NCBI GenBank assembly: GCA_041687475.1
Contig: JAWLBW010000002.1
Span: forward strand, 1 to 51,077
Source: a bacterium
GTDB taxonomy: Bacteria; J088; JAWLBW01
Length of the DNA stretch: 51,077 nt
Reading direction: 5' to 3'
Positions 17,816 through 26,600 of the stretch are shown here, one piece after another. A program made the position numbers and the translations under genes. The first letter of the stretch is position 1. Every line of letters starts with the position of its first letter. Under the pieces are notes generated by a model, which was not told the origin of the DNA, did no database searches, and saw nothing but the letters and a program-made list of their open reading frames with translations.

Positions 17816-19372
17816 ATGGCAGCCCCGAAGCCTACCCTCAAGGCAGCGGTATTCGACCTCGACGGCGTCATAACCCGCACGGCGGCGGTACACGAACAGG
17901 CCTGGAAGGCATTGTTCGACGAGTACCTGCGAGCGCGCGCCACGCGTCTGGGCGAACCCTTCCGCCCGTTCGAACGTGAAGACTATCATCGCTATGTCGA
18001 CGGGCGGCCGCGGTATGCCGGCGTACGCACTTTTCTGGCCTCGCGGGGCATCATGCTGCCCGAGGGCGACCCCCTCGACGCCCCCGATGCCGACACCATC
18101 ACGGGCCTGGGCAACCGGAAGAACGACTTTTTCCGCAAGCTGCTCGAGGCAGGCGGCGTGCAGACCTATCCCGCCGCCGTACGACTGGTCGAGGCCCTGC
18201 GACGCGCCGGCCTGCGGGTAGCCATCGCCACCTCGAGTCGCAACGGACGAGAGGTTCTGCAGAGGTCGGGCACGGCCGATTTGTTCGAAGCCGTGGTCGA
18301 CGGCAACGTCTCGCTTGAGCTGGCGCTCAAGGGTAAGCCGGCGCCCGATATCTTCGTCGAAGCCGCCCGCCGCGTGGGCGCCACCCCGCGCGAGTCGCTG
18401 GTATTCGAAGACGCCGTATCGGGCGTGGCGGCCGGTCGCAACGGACAATTCGGCCTGGTGGTCGGCGTCGATCGGGCCGGTCAGCGCGACGCACTGCTCG
18501 AAGCCGGCGCCGACCTCGTCATCGAAGATTTCAACGAGCTCGATGTCGAAAAACTCAGCCTGTGGATGGAAGGTAAAGACAGCCTTCCCCCCCACGCCCT
18601 GGCCGAATGGGACGGACTGGAGGCCCGCATGCGCGGCCGACGACCCGCCGTTTTTCTCGATTACGACGGCACCCTTACCCCCATCGTATCGCGGCCCGAA
18701 CTGGCGGTCATCGACGACGACATGCGCGTCATGCTGCGCCGCCTTGCCGCCTTTACCCCCACGGTCATCGTGAGCGGCCGGGCCCGGGCCGACGTGGCCG
18801 CCCTCGTCGGCCTCGACGACCTCTACTACGCCGGAAGTCACGGCTTCGACATCTCGGGCCCCCGCGGTTCGAGCCTGCGCCACGCCGCCGGCGACGACTA
18901 CGTCGACGACATAGCCGAAGCTTACGCCGGGCTCGTCGACACCGTCAACGGTATCGAAGGCGCCCTCATCGAGAACAAAAGGTACGCGCTTGCCGTTCAC
19001 TTCCGCAACGTCGACGATGCTCGGGTGTCCGCGCTCGACGCGGCCATTGCCGAGGTGGTCGCAGCCAACCCGCGCCTTCGGCGAACGGGCGGCAAGAAAA
19101 TCTTCGAGATTCGACCGGCCATCGAGTGGCACAAGGGCAAGGCTTTGCTCTGGCTTCTCGATGCGCTTGAACTCGGGGCCGACCATGTGCCCGTTTACCT
19201 GGGCGACGACGAAACCGACGAAGACGCCTTTCGCGCCATCGCCGAAGACGGTCTGCCCATTGCCGTGATCGACACGCCGCGCGAGACCGATGCCTGCTGG
19301 TATGTGCGCGATGTGAACGAGGTAAGAATGGTGCTCGAGCGGCTTCTGGAAACCATCGAGCGCGCAGCATGA
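17816..19372 (+). CDS. bifunctional HAD protein: beta-phosphoglucomutase-like domain fused to trehalose-6-phosphate phosphatase (OtsB-like) domain
   Basis: The N-terminal domain has AAVFDLDGVITRT (DxDG), ...KGKPAPDIF..., FEDAVSGVAAG, which are HAD-IA/betaPGM motifs. The C-terminal domain has AVFLDYDGTLTPIV, ...GKKIFEIRP..., YLGDDETDEDAF, which are the OtsB motifs. RBS ggag lies 6 nt before ATG 17816. Confidence 0.8.
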   Translation: MAAPKPTLKAAVFDLDGVITRTAAVHEQAWKALFDEYLRARATRLGEPFRPFEREDYHRYVDGRPRYAGVRTFLASRGIMLPEGDPLDAPDADTITGLGNRKNDFFRKLLEAGGVQTYPAAVRLVEALRRAGLRVAIATSSRNGREVLQRSGTADLFEAVVDGNVSLELALKGKPAPDIFVEAARRVGATPRESLVFEDAVSGVAAGRNGQFGLVVGVDRAGQRDALLEAGADLVIEDFNELDVEKLSLWMEGKDSLPPHALAEWDGLEARMRGRRPAVFLDYDGTLTPIVSRPELAVIDDDMRVMLRRLAAFTPTVIVSGRARADVAALVGLDDLYYAGSHGFDISGPRGSSLRHAAGDDYVDDIAEAYAGLVDTVNGIEGALIENKRYALAVHFRNVDDARVSALDAAIAEVVAANPRLRRTGGKKIFEIRPAIEWHKGKALLWLLDALELGADHVPVYLGDDETDEDAFRAIAEDGLPIAVIDTPRETDACWYVRDVNEVRMVLERLLETIERAA

Positions 19373-19379
19373 GGAAACG

Positions 19380-21815
19380 ATGGCCGACCCTTGGATTCTG
19401 AGCTATGAAGGCTACGACCCGCAGGAAGAGTCCCTGCGCGAGGCCCTCTGCGCCCTGGGGAACGGGCGCTTTGCCACCCGGGGGGCAGCCGAGGAGTTTG
19501 CGGCCGACGGCGTACACTACCCCGGTACTTATATCGCAGGCGGTTACAACCGCGTCGAAAGTGAAGTGGCCGGCCACACGGTCAGTAACGAAGACCTGGT
19601 CAACTTTCCCAACTGGCTGCCGCTGACCTTCCGGCCCGAGGGCGGCGAGTGGGTCGATTTTTCCCGCGACCAGCTACTCTTCTACCGGCAGGATCTCAAC
19701 ATGCGCGACGGGGTGCTTCTCCGCCGTTATCGCATACACGATGGGGCGGGGCGCGAAACCTCGGTCAGCTCGCGTCGTATCGTGCACATGCACCAGCCGC
19801 AGTACGCCGCCGTCGAATACTGCATCACGCCCGAAAACTGGTCGGGCCGGGTATACGTGCGCAGCCTCATCGACGGAAGCGTGATGAACAGGGGGGTAGA
19901 GCGTTACCGGCAGCTCAACGGACAACACCTGACCATTCTTCGCAAAGGACCCGTGGCCCCTGAAGGCGTATACCTGGTGGCCCAGACCACCCAGTCACGC
20001 ATCGAGGTAGCCGTGGCCGCCCGCACCCGGGTATGGGTCGACACTCCCGCGCTGCATCGCCTCGATCTTCCCGCCAAATCCGTCGACGACGAGCATATCG
20101 TCGGCGAGGAATACAGCTTCCCGGTCGAGGAAGATCGAACCTACACCGTCGAAAAGGTGGTTGCCCTTCACACCTCGCGCGATCGCGGCATAACCGAGAG
20201 CGGACTCGACGCACGCCTTGCCATTACCCGCAGTCCGGGTTTCGAGGCCCTGTTTCGCACCCACAAGCTGGCCTGGCAGCAGCTCTGGTCGCGATGCGAC
20301 ATGTTTCTGTTTACGCCGGGCCAGCTGCAACCCGAATTCTCGCCCGAGCAGCTCATTCTGCGCCTGCACATCTTTCACCTGCTGCAGACGGTTTCGCCCA
20401 ACTCCATCGGCAGGGACGTCAGCGTTCCGGCCCGCGGGTTGCACGGCGAGGCCTACCGTGGCCATATATTCTGGGACGAACTCTTCATCTTTCCGTTCTT
20501 TACCCTGAGCCTGCCCGAAATCACACGCTCGCTGCTCTTTTACCGGTATCATCGCCTCGACATGGCTCGCAGGCTGGCCGCCGAAGCGGGTTACCGGGGC
20601 GCAATGTTTCCCTGGCAAAGCAGCTCCGACGGCCGCGAAGAGACACAACAGCTGCACCTCAACCCCCGCTCGGGCAATTGGGACCCCGATCACAGCCGCC
20701 TGCAGCGCCACATCAACGCGGCCATTGCCTACAACGTCTGGCAGTACTACAAGGCGACCGAAGACATGCAATTCATGGAAAGCCACGGCGCCGAAATGCT
20801 GCTCGAGATTGCGCGTTTCTGGTGCAGCGCGACGACCTTCAACGAAGAAACCGGCCGTTACGAAATCGTCGGCGTCATGGGCCCCGACGAGTATCACGAA
20901 AAGTATCCCGACCGTGAAGAAGGCGGGCTTCGCAACAACGCCTACACCAATGTCATGGCCGTGTGGTGCATCGATCGGGCCCGCGATGTTCTGATGCTTC
21001 TTCGCCCCGGAAGGCGAAACGAGCTCTGCGCCATGCTGGAGCTTACCGATGACGAACTCGAGCGCTGGAACCATATCGCCAACGGCATGACCGTCTGTTT
21101 TCACGACGGCGTGATCAGCCAGTTTCAGGGATACGAACAACTCGAAGAGTTCGATTGGGCCGGGTATGAGCGCAAATACGGCAACATCGAACGCCTCGAT
21201 CGCATTCTCAAGGCCGAAGGCGACACCCCCGATCGTTACCGCGTATCGAAGCAGGCCGACGTGGTCATGCTTTTCTATCTTCTCACGCCCAAGGAACTGC
21301 GGTTGATATTCGAGCGCCTGGGCTACCCCTTCGACGACGATACCATCGAACGGAACATGGCCTACTACATGGAACGCACGTCGCACGGCTCAACCCTCAG
21401 CAAGGTGGTCTTTTCCTCGGTGCTCGACCGAATCGATCGCACCACCGGGTTTCAGCTCTTTCGCGATGCGCTGCGAAGCGACATCGGCGACGTACAGGGG
21501 GGTACCACGCCCGAAGGCATTCACCTTGGCGCCATGGCCGGTACCGTCGACATCGTACTGCGGCACTACGCCGGTATCGACGTAACCGGCGACACCATCA
21601 ACTTCACCCCTCGCCTGCCCGAGCAACTCAAGGGGCTGCGACTGCCGATCAAATACCGGGGCAACTGGCTCCATCTGGAGATCACCCAGGAAAAGTTCCT
21701 GATAACCGTCGAAGAAAACGGCCCCCAACCGGCCCATATACTGGTCGGCGGGCAGCTCTGCGAAATCAACCCGGGTGAGTCGAGGGAATTCTTACTCGAC
21801 AAGGTCGAAAGCTGA
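19380..21815 (+). CDS. glycoside hydrolase family 65 disaccharide phosphorylase (trehalose/kojibiose/maltose or trehalose-6-P phosphorylase type)
   Basis: 811 aa with a GH65-type N-terminus (ESLFALGNG-like: EALCALGNGRFATRG), a central (alpha/alpha)6 region (GEAYRGHIFWDELFIFPF, MFPWQSSSDGREET) and TPEGIHLGAMAG. It starts 7 nt after the preceding stop, so the two genes are probably translationally coupled. Confidence 0.85.
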   Translation: MADPWILSYEGYDPQEESLREALCALGNGRFATRGAAEEFAADGVHYPGTYIAGGYNRVESEVAGHTVSNEDLVNFPNWLPLTFRPEGGEWVDFSRDQLLFYRQDLNMRDGVLLRRYRIHDGAGRETSVSSRRIVHMHQPQYAAVEYCITPENWSGRVYVRSLIDGSVMNRGVERYRQLNGQHLTILRKGPVAPEGVYLVAQTTQSRIEVAVAARTRVWVDTPALHRLDLPAKSVDDEHIVGEEYSFPVEEDRTYTVEKVVALHTSRDRGITESGLDARLAITRSPGFEALFRTHKLAWQQLWSRCDMFLFTPGQLQPEFSPEQLILRLHIFHLLQTVSPNSIGRDVSVPARGLHGEAYRGHIFWDELFIFPFFTLSLPEITRSLLFYRYHRLDMARRLAAEAGYRGAMFPWQSSSDGREETQQLHLNPRSGNWDPDHSRLQRHINAAIAYNVWQYYKATEDMQFMESHGAEMLLEIARFWCSATTFNEETGRYEIVGVMGPDEYHEKYPDREEGGLRNNAYTNVMAVWCIDRARDVLMLLRPGRRNELCAMLELTDDELERWNHIANGMTVCFHDGVISQFQGYEQLEEFDWAGYERKYGNIERLDRILKAEGDTPDRYRVSKQADVVMLFYLLTPKELRLIFERLGYPFDDDTIERNMAYYMERTSHGSTLSKVVFSSVLDRIDRTTGFQLFRDALRSDIGDVQGGTTPEGIHLGAMAGTVDIVLRHYAGIDVTGDTINFTPRLPEQLKGLRLPIKYRGNWLHLEITQEKFLITVEENGPQPAHILVGGQLCEINPGESREFLLDKVES

Positions 21816-21821
21816 TGAAAG

Positions 21822-21849
21822 ATCAACGGCGCCCGAAGGCGCCGTTGAT
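21822..21849. terminator. bidirectional hairpin between convergent genes
   Basis: atcaacggcgcc-cgaa-ggcgccgttgat is a perfect 12-bp stem with a 4-nt loop. It lies exactly between the GH65 stop (21815) and the stop of the minus-strand gene (21860). Confidence 0.6.
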
Positions 21850-21859
21850 AACCGGGGGA

Positions 21860-22267
21860 TCAATACTGGGTGGTTATCGGTCGCAGGCTCTGTCTCCTTC
21901 GCCTTTGTTCGATACCACGCGAAGCCAGAATCACACCGAGCAGTCCCACCCCCGCGGCAACCCCCACACCTACCGCGGGGTAACGGCTGACCACCTGGCG
22001 CGGGTCGGCATTTCTGGCCAGCGTTCGCGTCTGCTCGGACGCCACCGTGCGGGTGTCGCGCAGCGCACGGCGGGCCACCTCGCCGGCATCGGATGCGACA
22101 TCGGCGCCGGTCATTCTGACGTCATCGCGTGCCCGGGAGATCACGTCGCGGGTATCACGCATGATGCTGCTGCGAAAGGTCGTCGACAGAAACTGAAGCG
22201 TCAACACGTCATGGGCCAGGCGCCCGCGACGATCGTTCAGGTGGTCAATGCGCTCTTGCCTGCTCAT
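21860..22267 (-). CDS. C-tail-anchored membrane protein (third gene of the YqjD/YqjE-like operon)
   Basis: AGGAGG lies 6 nt before ATG 22267. The protein has an Arg/Asp-rich helical N-terminus and one C-terminal TM segment (YPAVGVGVAAGVGLLGVILA). It overlaps the upstream gene by 23 nt. Confidence 0.6.
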   Translation of the reverse strand: MSRQERIDHLNDRRGRLAHDVLTLQFLSTTFRSSIMRDTRDVISRARDDVRMTGADVASDAGEVARRALRDTRTVASEQTRTLARNADPRQVVSRYPAVGVGVAAGVGLLGVILASRGIEQRRRRQSLRPITTQY

Positions 22268-22778
22268 TCTGGGCCTCCTGGTACTCATTCATCAACGTTG
22301 CGGCATGTCGTCTCGGTAACTGCAGATCTTCGTTCAGTAAGTCGCCGGTCTCCTTTGTGACCTTACGCTGCCTGGCGAACGCAATGCCTCCGAGAATGGC
22401 GGCAAGGATGATCCAGCCGCCTCCGAAGATGAGGAACCAGGGTCCGACATCGGCTCCGGCATCGCTCAGCGACCAGATGGCGCCGAAATTCAGTAGCAGA
22501 AAGCCGATGGCGCCGACAAAGGCCGCCGACACGGCCAGCGCCGCGTTGATGATGGTCGATTTGAGTTCCTTCGTAATATCTTCGCGAACCAACTTCGACC
22601 ATTCCTGCAGGTATGCGGTCAGATCATTGGCCAACTGTTTCGCGTCGTCGCGCGCCACGCCCAAACGCTCGGCAAGCGTGCCGATGTAGCGTTGAAAGTC
22701 GCCACGCAGCTCGTCGACATGCTCGCGCACATCGTCACGCAGCTGCCCGGCGGCATTACGGGTTCCGTCATAGGCCAT
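22245..22778 (-). CDS. YqjE-like (DUF1469 / holin-X-like) two-TM membrane protein
   Basis: GGAGG lies 5 nt before ATG 22778. An N-terminal amphipathic region is followed by two TM helices (INAALAVSAAFVGAIGFLLL, WFLIFGGGWIILAAILGGIAF). Its position after a DUF883-like gene mirrors E. coli yqjD-yqjE. Confidence 0.6.
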   Translation of the reverse strand: MAYDGTRNAAGQLRDDVREHVDELRGDFQRYIGTLAERLGVARDDAKQLANDLTAYLQEWSKLVREDITKELKSTIINAALAVSAAFVGAIGFLLLNFGAIWSLSDAGADVGPWFLIFGGGWIILAAILGGIAFARQRKVTKETGDLLNEDLQLPRRHAATLMNEYQEAQNEQARAH

Positions 22779-22780
22779 GC

Positions 22781-23344
22781 TTACCTCCTCATCAGAGTGG
22801 CAATTGCCCCGATGAGCAGACCGGCCGCCGCCCCGGCGACAAGCGCCTGTCGGGGATGCGCCTTCACCGTGTCGACCATGCGGTCGACCGATTCACGAGC
22901 CTGCTCGCCCATTTCACCTCGGTCCTGGCCCCGCTGCCGCATCTGCATGAGCCGTTCGCGGTACTGCGGATGCTCGTCAAGCCAGTGCTGCACCGAAGTC
23001 ATGTACTCGGCAGCCCGGTCAAGCAGTCGCTCGGCCGTGTCTATATAGCGGTCGACCTGGCCTTCGGCCGTGCGGGCATAGCCTTCAATTTTCTCGGCAT
23101 ACGAGCCCGCCCTTCGTGCCTGCTCGCCGAGTCTGTGCGCATTGCTGCGCGCAGCTTCCGCGGCGCGATGTCCTTTTTCGCGGAATTCTTCAGGACCGCC
23201 GCCGCGCTCGCTGCCAAGGCGTTCGTTACGGTCTTCTTCGACCGGGTTCCGGTTTTCATTCGTCATATATGCTCCCTCGGCCATATCCTGCGAATAGTCG
23301 GAAAGTTCCGGGTGTTGCTGCTGCGGATACCTTGGCGTTTCCAT
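22781..23344 (-). CDS. YqjD/ElaB-like (DUF883) C-tail-anchored stress protein
   Basis: The C-terminus HPRQALVAGAAAGLLIGAIATLMRR matches the DUF883 tail-anchor pattern. The N-terminal part is long, charged and helical. The start is uncertain: GTG 23377, ATG 23344 or ATG 23266 (the last has the best RBS, gagggag). Confidence 0.6.
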   Translation of the reverse strand: METPRYPQQQHPELSDYSQDMAEGAYMTNENRNPVEEDRNERLGSERGGGPEEFREKGHRAAEAARSNAHRLGEQARRAGSYAEKIEGYARTAEGQVDRYIDTAERLLDRAAEYMTSVQHWLDEHPQYRERLMQMRQRGQDRGEMGEQARESVDRMVDTVKAHPRQALVAGAAAGLLIGAIATLMRR

Positions 23345-23610
23345 CGTCCTAATCCTTGTCTGGGCCTTTTCCGGCACGTGTTCTGGCTACGTGTTGCTTC
23401 GCTCAGCGGCGCACGCGCGCCCCGGTCACCAGCATGGGACAGCGAGACCCTGCAGACAACATCGAACGACTGAAAAGTAAACGCATTTCCGGCGAAGGCT
23501 CGCCGAAGGAGGCCGGAAGCCCCCAGCACGAATGATTCTTGAAAGCCGGTGCGCGGCTGAGACCCTGGGGCAAAACATACCCTGGCCCATGTCACCGATA
23601 AATGGAGTGA

Positions 23611-23661
23611 GGAAAAGAAGGGAAAAGACGCAGGGCGCAGCCGACACGGCTACGCCCTGCG
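23611..23661 (-). terminator. intrinsic terminator of the giant gene
   Basis: On the minus strand, right after stop TAA (23670-23672), a GC-rich stem gcgcagggcg...cgccctgcg (9-10 bp) is followed by tcttttcccttcttttcc. Confidence 0.6.
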
Positions 23662-23669
23662 CGAAAGAC

Positions 23670-26600
23670 TTACGGCAGGTAGCGGCCGCCGTCGTTCAAG
23701 ACGCCGGCGTTCTGCGCCTGGCCGGCCTCGCCGCCGAAGAGCAGCATGCCCTTGCCCGGCGCCCATACCGCGGTATGCCCGACTCTTGTCTGCGGCTCGT
23801 CTGCGCCGGAAACGCCGATCCAGGTGTTGGTGCCCGGCAGGTAACGTCCGCCGCCCGGAGCATAACCACCGGGGTCTACGCCGCCCCAGACGATCAACTC
23901 GTTACCGCTGAACACGGCTGTATGACGAGCCCGCCCAACCGGCGCGCCGGTCAGTCCGAGAAGCGTCCACCCTGTGCCGGGCATGTACCGTGCCCCGTCG
24001 TTGAAGTACGTTGTGGGGCCGCTGACACCGCCGAATACGATCATCTCGCTGCCCGACCACACAGCCGTGTGCCCGGTGCGTGGGGAAAGAGAGGTGCTGG
24101 GAATGGCCGTCCACTGGCCCAGCCCGGGATTGAACGAAGCCCCGTTGGAATAATGCGTGGTACCGTCGACACCACCCCATATGAGCATTTCCTGCCCGCT
24201 CCACACGGCCGTATGGCCTTCGCGAGGGGTAGGCCCGCCCGTCGCGACCTGCGTCCACGTGTCACCCGAGGCGTTGTAGCGACCACCGCTGCCCAACCGG
24301 TTGGTCATGTCCGTACCGCCCCAGACAATCATTTCCGCACCCGTCCAGACGGCGGTGTGATTGGTGCGCGCCGCGGGTACCCCGGTCAACGTGCTGGTCG
24401 GCGCCCACGAGTCGAGACTCGGGTCGTAGCGACCGCCCGAATTGAGCGCCCCGCCGACCGCGTCGACGCCGCCCCAGACAATCATGCGTCCGGCTTCCGG
24501 CGCCCAGACGGCGGTATGTCGGGCCCGGGCCGTGGGTGCGCCGGTAGTCTGCACCGGCGTCCACGACTCCGTCGCCGGGTTGTAGCGGGCGCCGGTATTG
24601 CGGTGCTGACCGGTTCTCACATTCTTGCCGCCCCAGACGATCATCTCGCTGCCGGTAAACACCGCCGTGTGTGCGGTACGTCCGACCGGCGTTCCGCCAT
24701 TGTCGATGGGCGTCCACGTGTCGGACTGCGGGTTGTAACGTCCGCCCGTGTTGAGCGCTTCGCCTTCGACTTCGGCGCCGCCGAAAACGAGCATATCGCC
24801 CCCGGTCCACACGGTTGTGTGGGCGTAACGGGGCCCCGGAGAGCCGACGTTGTTCATGTTAACCCAGCTTTCGACGGCCGGGTAATAAGCCGTTCCCGCA
24901 TCTATCGGGCTGCCCGATGAGCGGCCGCCGAAGACCAGCATCTGCTCGCCCGCCCAGACGGCCGTATGACCCGAACGCGCAGGCGAACCGGTGGGCATCG
25001 TTCCCCAGGTTCCCCCTTGCGGATAGAAAATTTCGCCGGTAGCCAGATCGGCTGCCCCCGACCGACCGCCGAAGACAATCATGCTCGATCCGGTCCACAC
25101 GGCGGTGTGCAATCGTCGCGTTTCGGTGGCGCCGCTGAAAGAGGTCCACGCGTTTCCGGCCGGATTGTATTGCTCGATGCTGTTGGTCTCTCCGGCGCCG
25201 TCGCGACCGCCGTGAACCAGCATGCCCTGGCCCGTCCACACGGCCGTGTGTTCGGCACGTGGCGATGCGGCAAGGGCCATCGGCCCCCACTGGTTGGTGC
25301 GCGGGTTGAAGCGGGCGCCGTCGTTACGGAAGCTCGTGCCGTCGTAGCCGCCGAATACGATCATCTCGCGACCGGTGTACAGCGCCGAGTGACCTACCCG
25401 GGCTACGGGCACTCCGGCCGGCTGAGTGGCTTGCCAGCTGTCGGAAATGGGGTCGTACATGCCGCCCGAATCAAGGTGCGCACCGAACCCATTCTTGCCG
25501 CCCCAGACCACCATGCGATCGCCCGCCCAGACGGCCGTATGCGCATAGCGCGCCTCCGGTGCGCCGGCACGCGCGACCGCCATCCAGCTGTCGGTCGCGG
25601 GGTTGTAGCGGGCGCCCGTGTCCCGGGGGCCGATGTGTCTTCCGCCCCAGACAATCATTTCCGTGCCCGTCCACACGGCCGTCTGCTCCGAGACCGCCAG
25701 GGGCGCATCGCCCAGGGGCACCCAGACATCGTTGCCCGTCTGCACCCAGGGTACGCGGTTTGAGCCGACCGACGAGGCGTCGAGTACGACCACCGACTGT
25801 CTGCCTGTCGTGCCCGCGGGTACGGTTACCTGCACGGTGTCGTCGGTCCACCCGTTAACGGTGGCCGGCATGCCGTCGAAGTGTACGGCCCCCGTGGTCG
25901 TGCCGAAATAACGGCCGCTGATCGTCATGGTCGTTCCCGGCGCGCCGTTCGCGGGGTAACGCATCTCAATCCACGGGCGCTCGTGCACAAAGGGTACGGC
26001 GTTGGAAACGTCGGGGCCCTTCGAAACGCGCAGCTTGAGGTTGCCCGCATTCGCGTTCACGGGAACCTCGGCAACAATCTGCGTGTCCGTCCACGTGTAC
26101 ACGTTGGCCGTGACGCCGCCGAAGTACACGTCGTTCTGCGGCGCCGGCGGGCCGAAGCCCGAGCCGTCGATGGTGACGGTGGCGTAGGAGCGCGCCGCCG
26201 CGGGCGTGATCGTCGTAATCTGCGGCATGGGCACGAAAACATCGAACGGCTCGCCGTTGCTGTAATTCGCGTCGATGCCGACCTGTACCGACCAGGTACC
26301 CGGTCCGAGTTCAGGCGGAACGCGAACCTGAATCAACGACGGCGCCCACGACACAGGTTCGGTCACGACACCACCGAACTCGATGGTGTTGCCGACCGCG
26401 AAATTGCCGAAGTTGTGGCCGATGATGTCGACGACTGCGCCCACCGGGCCGCTGACCGGATTAAGCGCCGTAATGGTGGGCGACACACTGATCCACTGGC
26501 CGGCACTCGTCTCACCGCCCGCAACCACGCGCATCTGACGTGAGCCGGCGGTTACCGCTTGGGGAATCTCTGCCTGAATTTCGTACGCATTCCAGCTGAG

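Noticed and set aside
17621-21386. Long minus-strand ORFs 17621..19186 (521 aa) and 19995..21386 (463 aa)
   Set aside because: They are antisense to the betaPGM-OtsB and GH65 genes, which carry unambiguous catalytic motifs. No motifs are present in the antisense translations.
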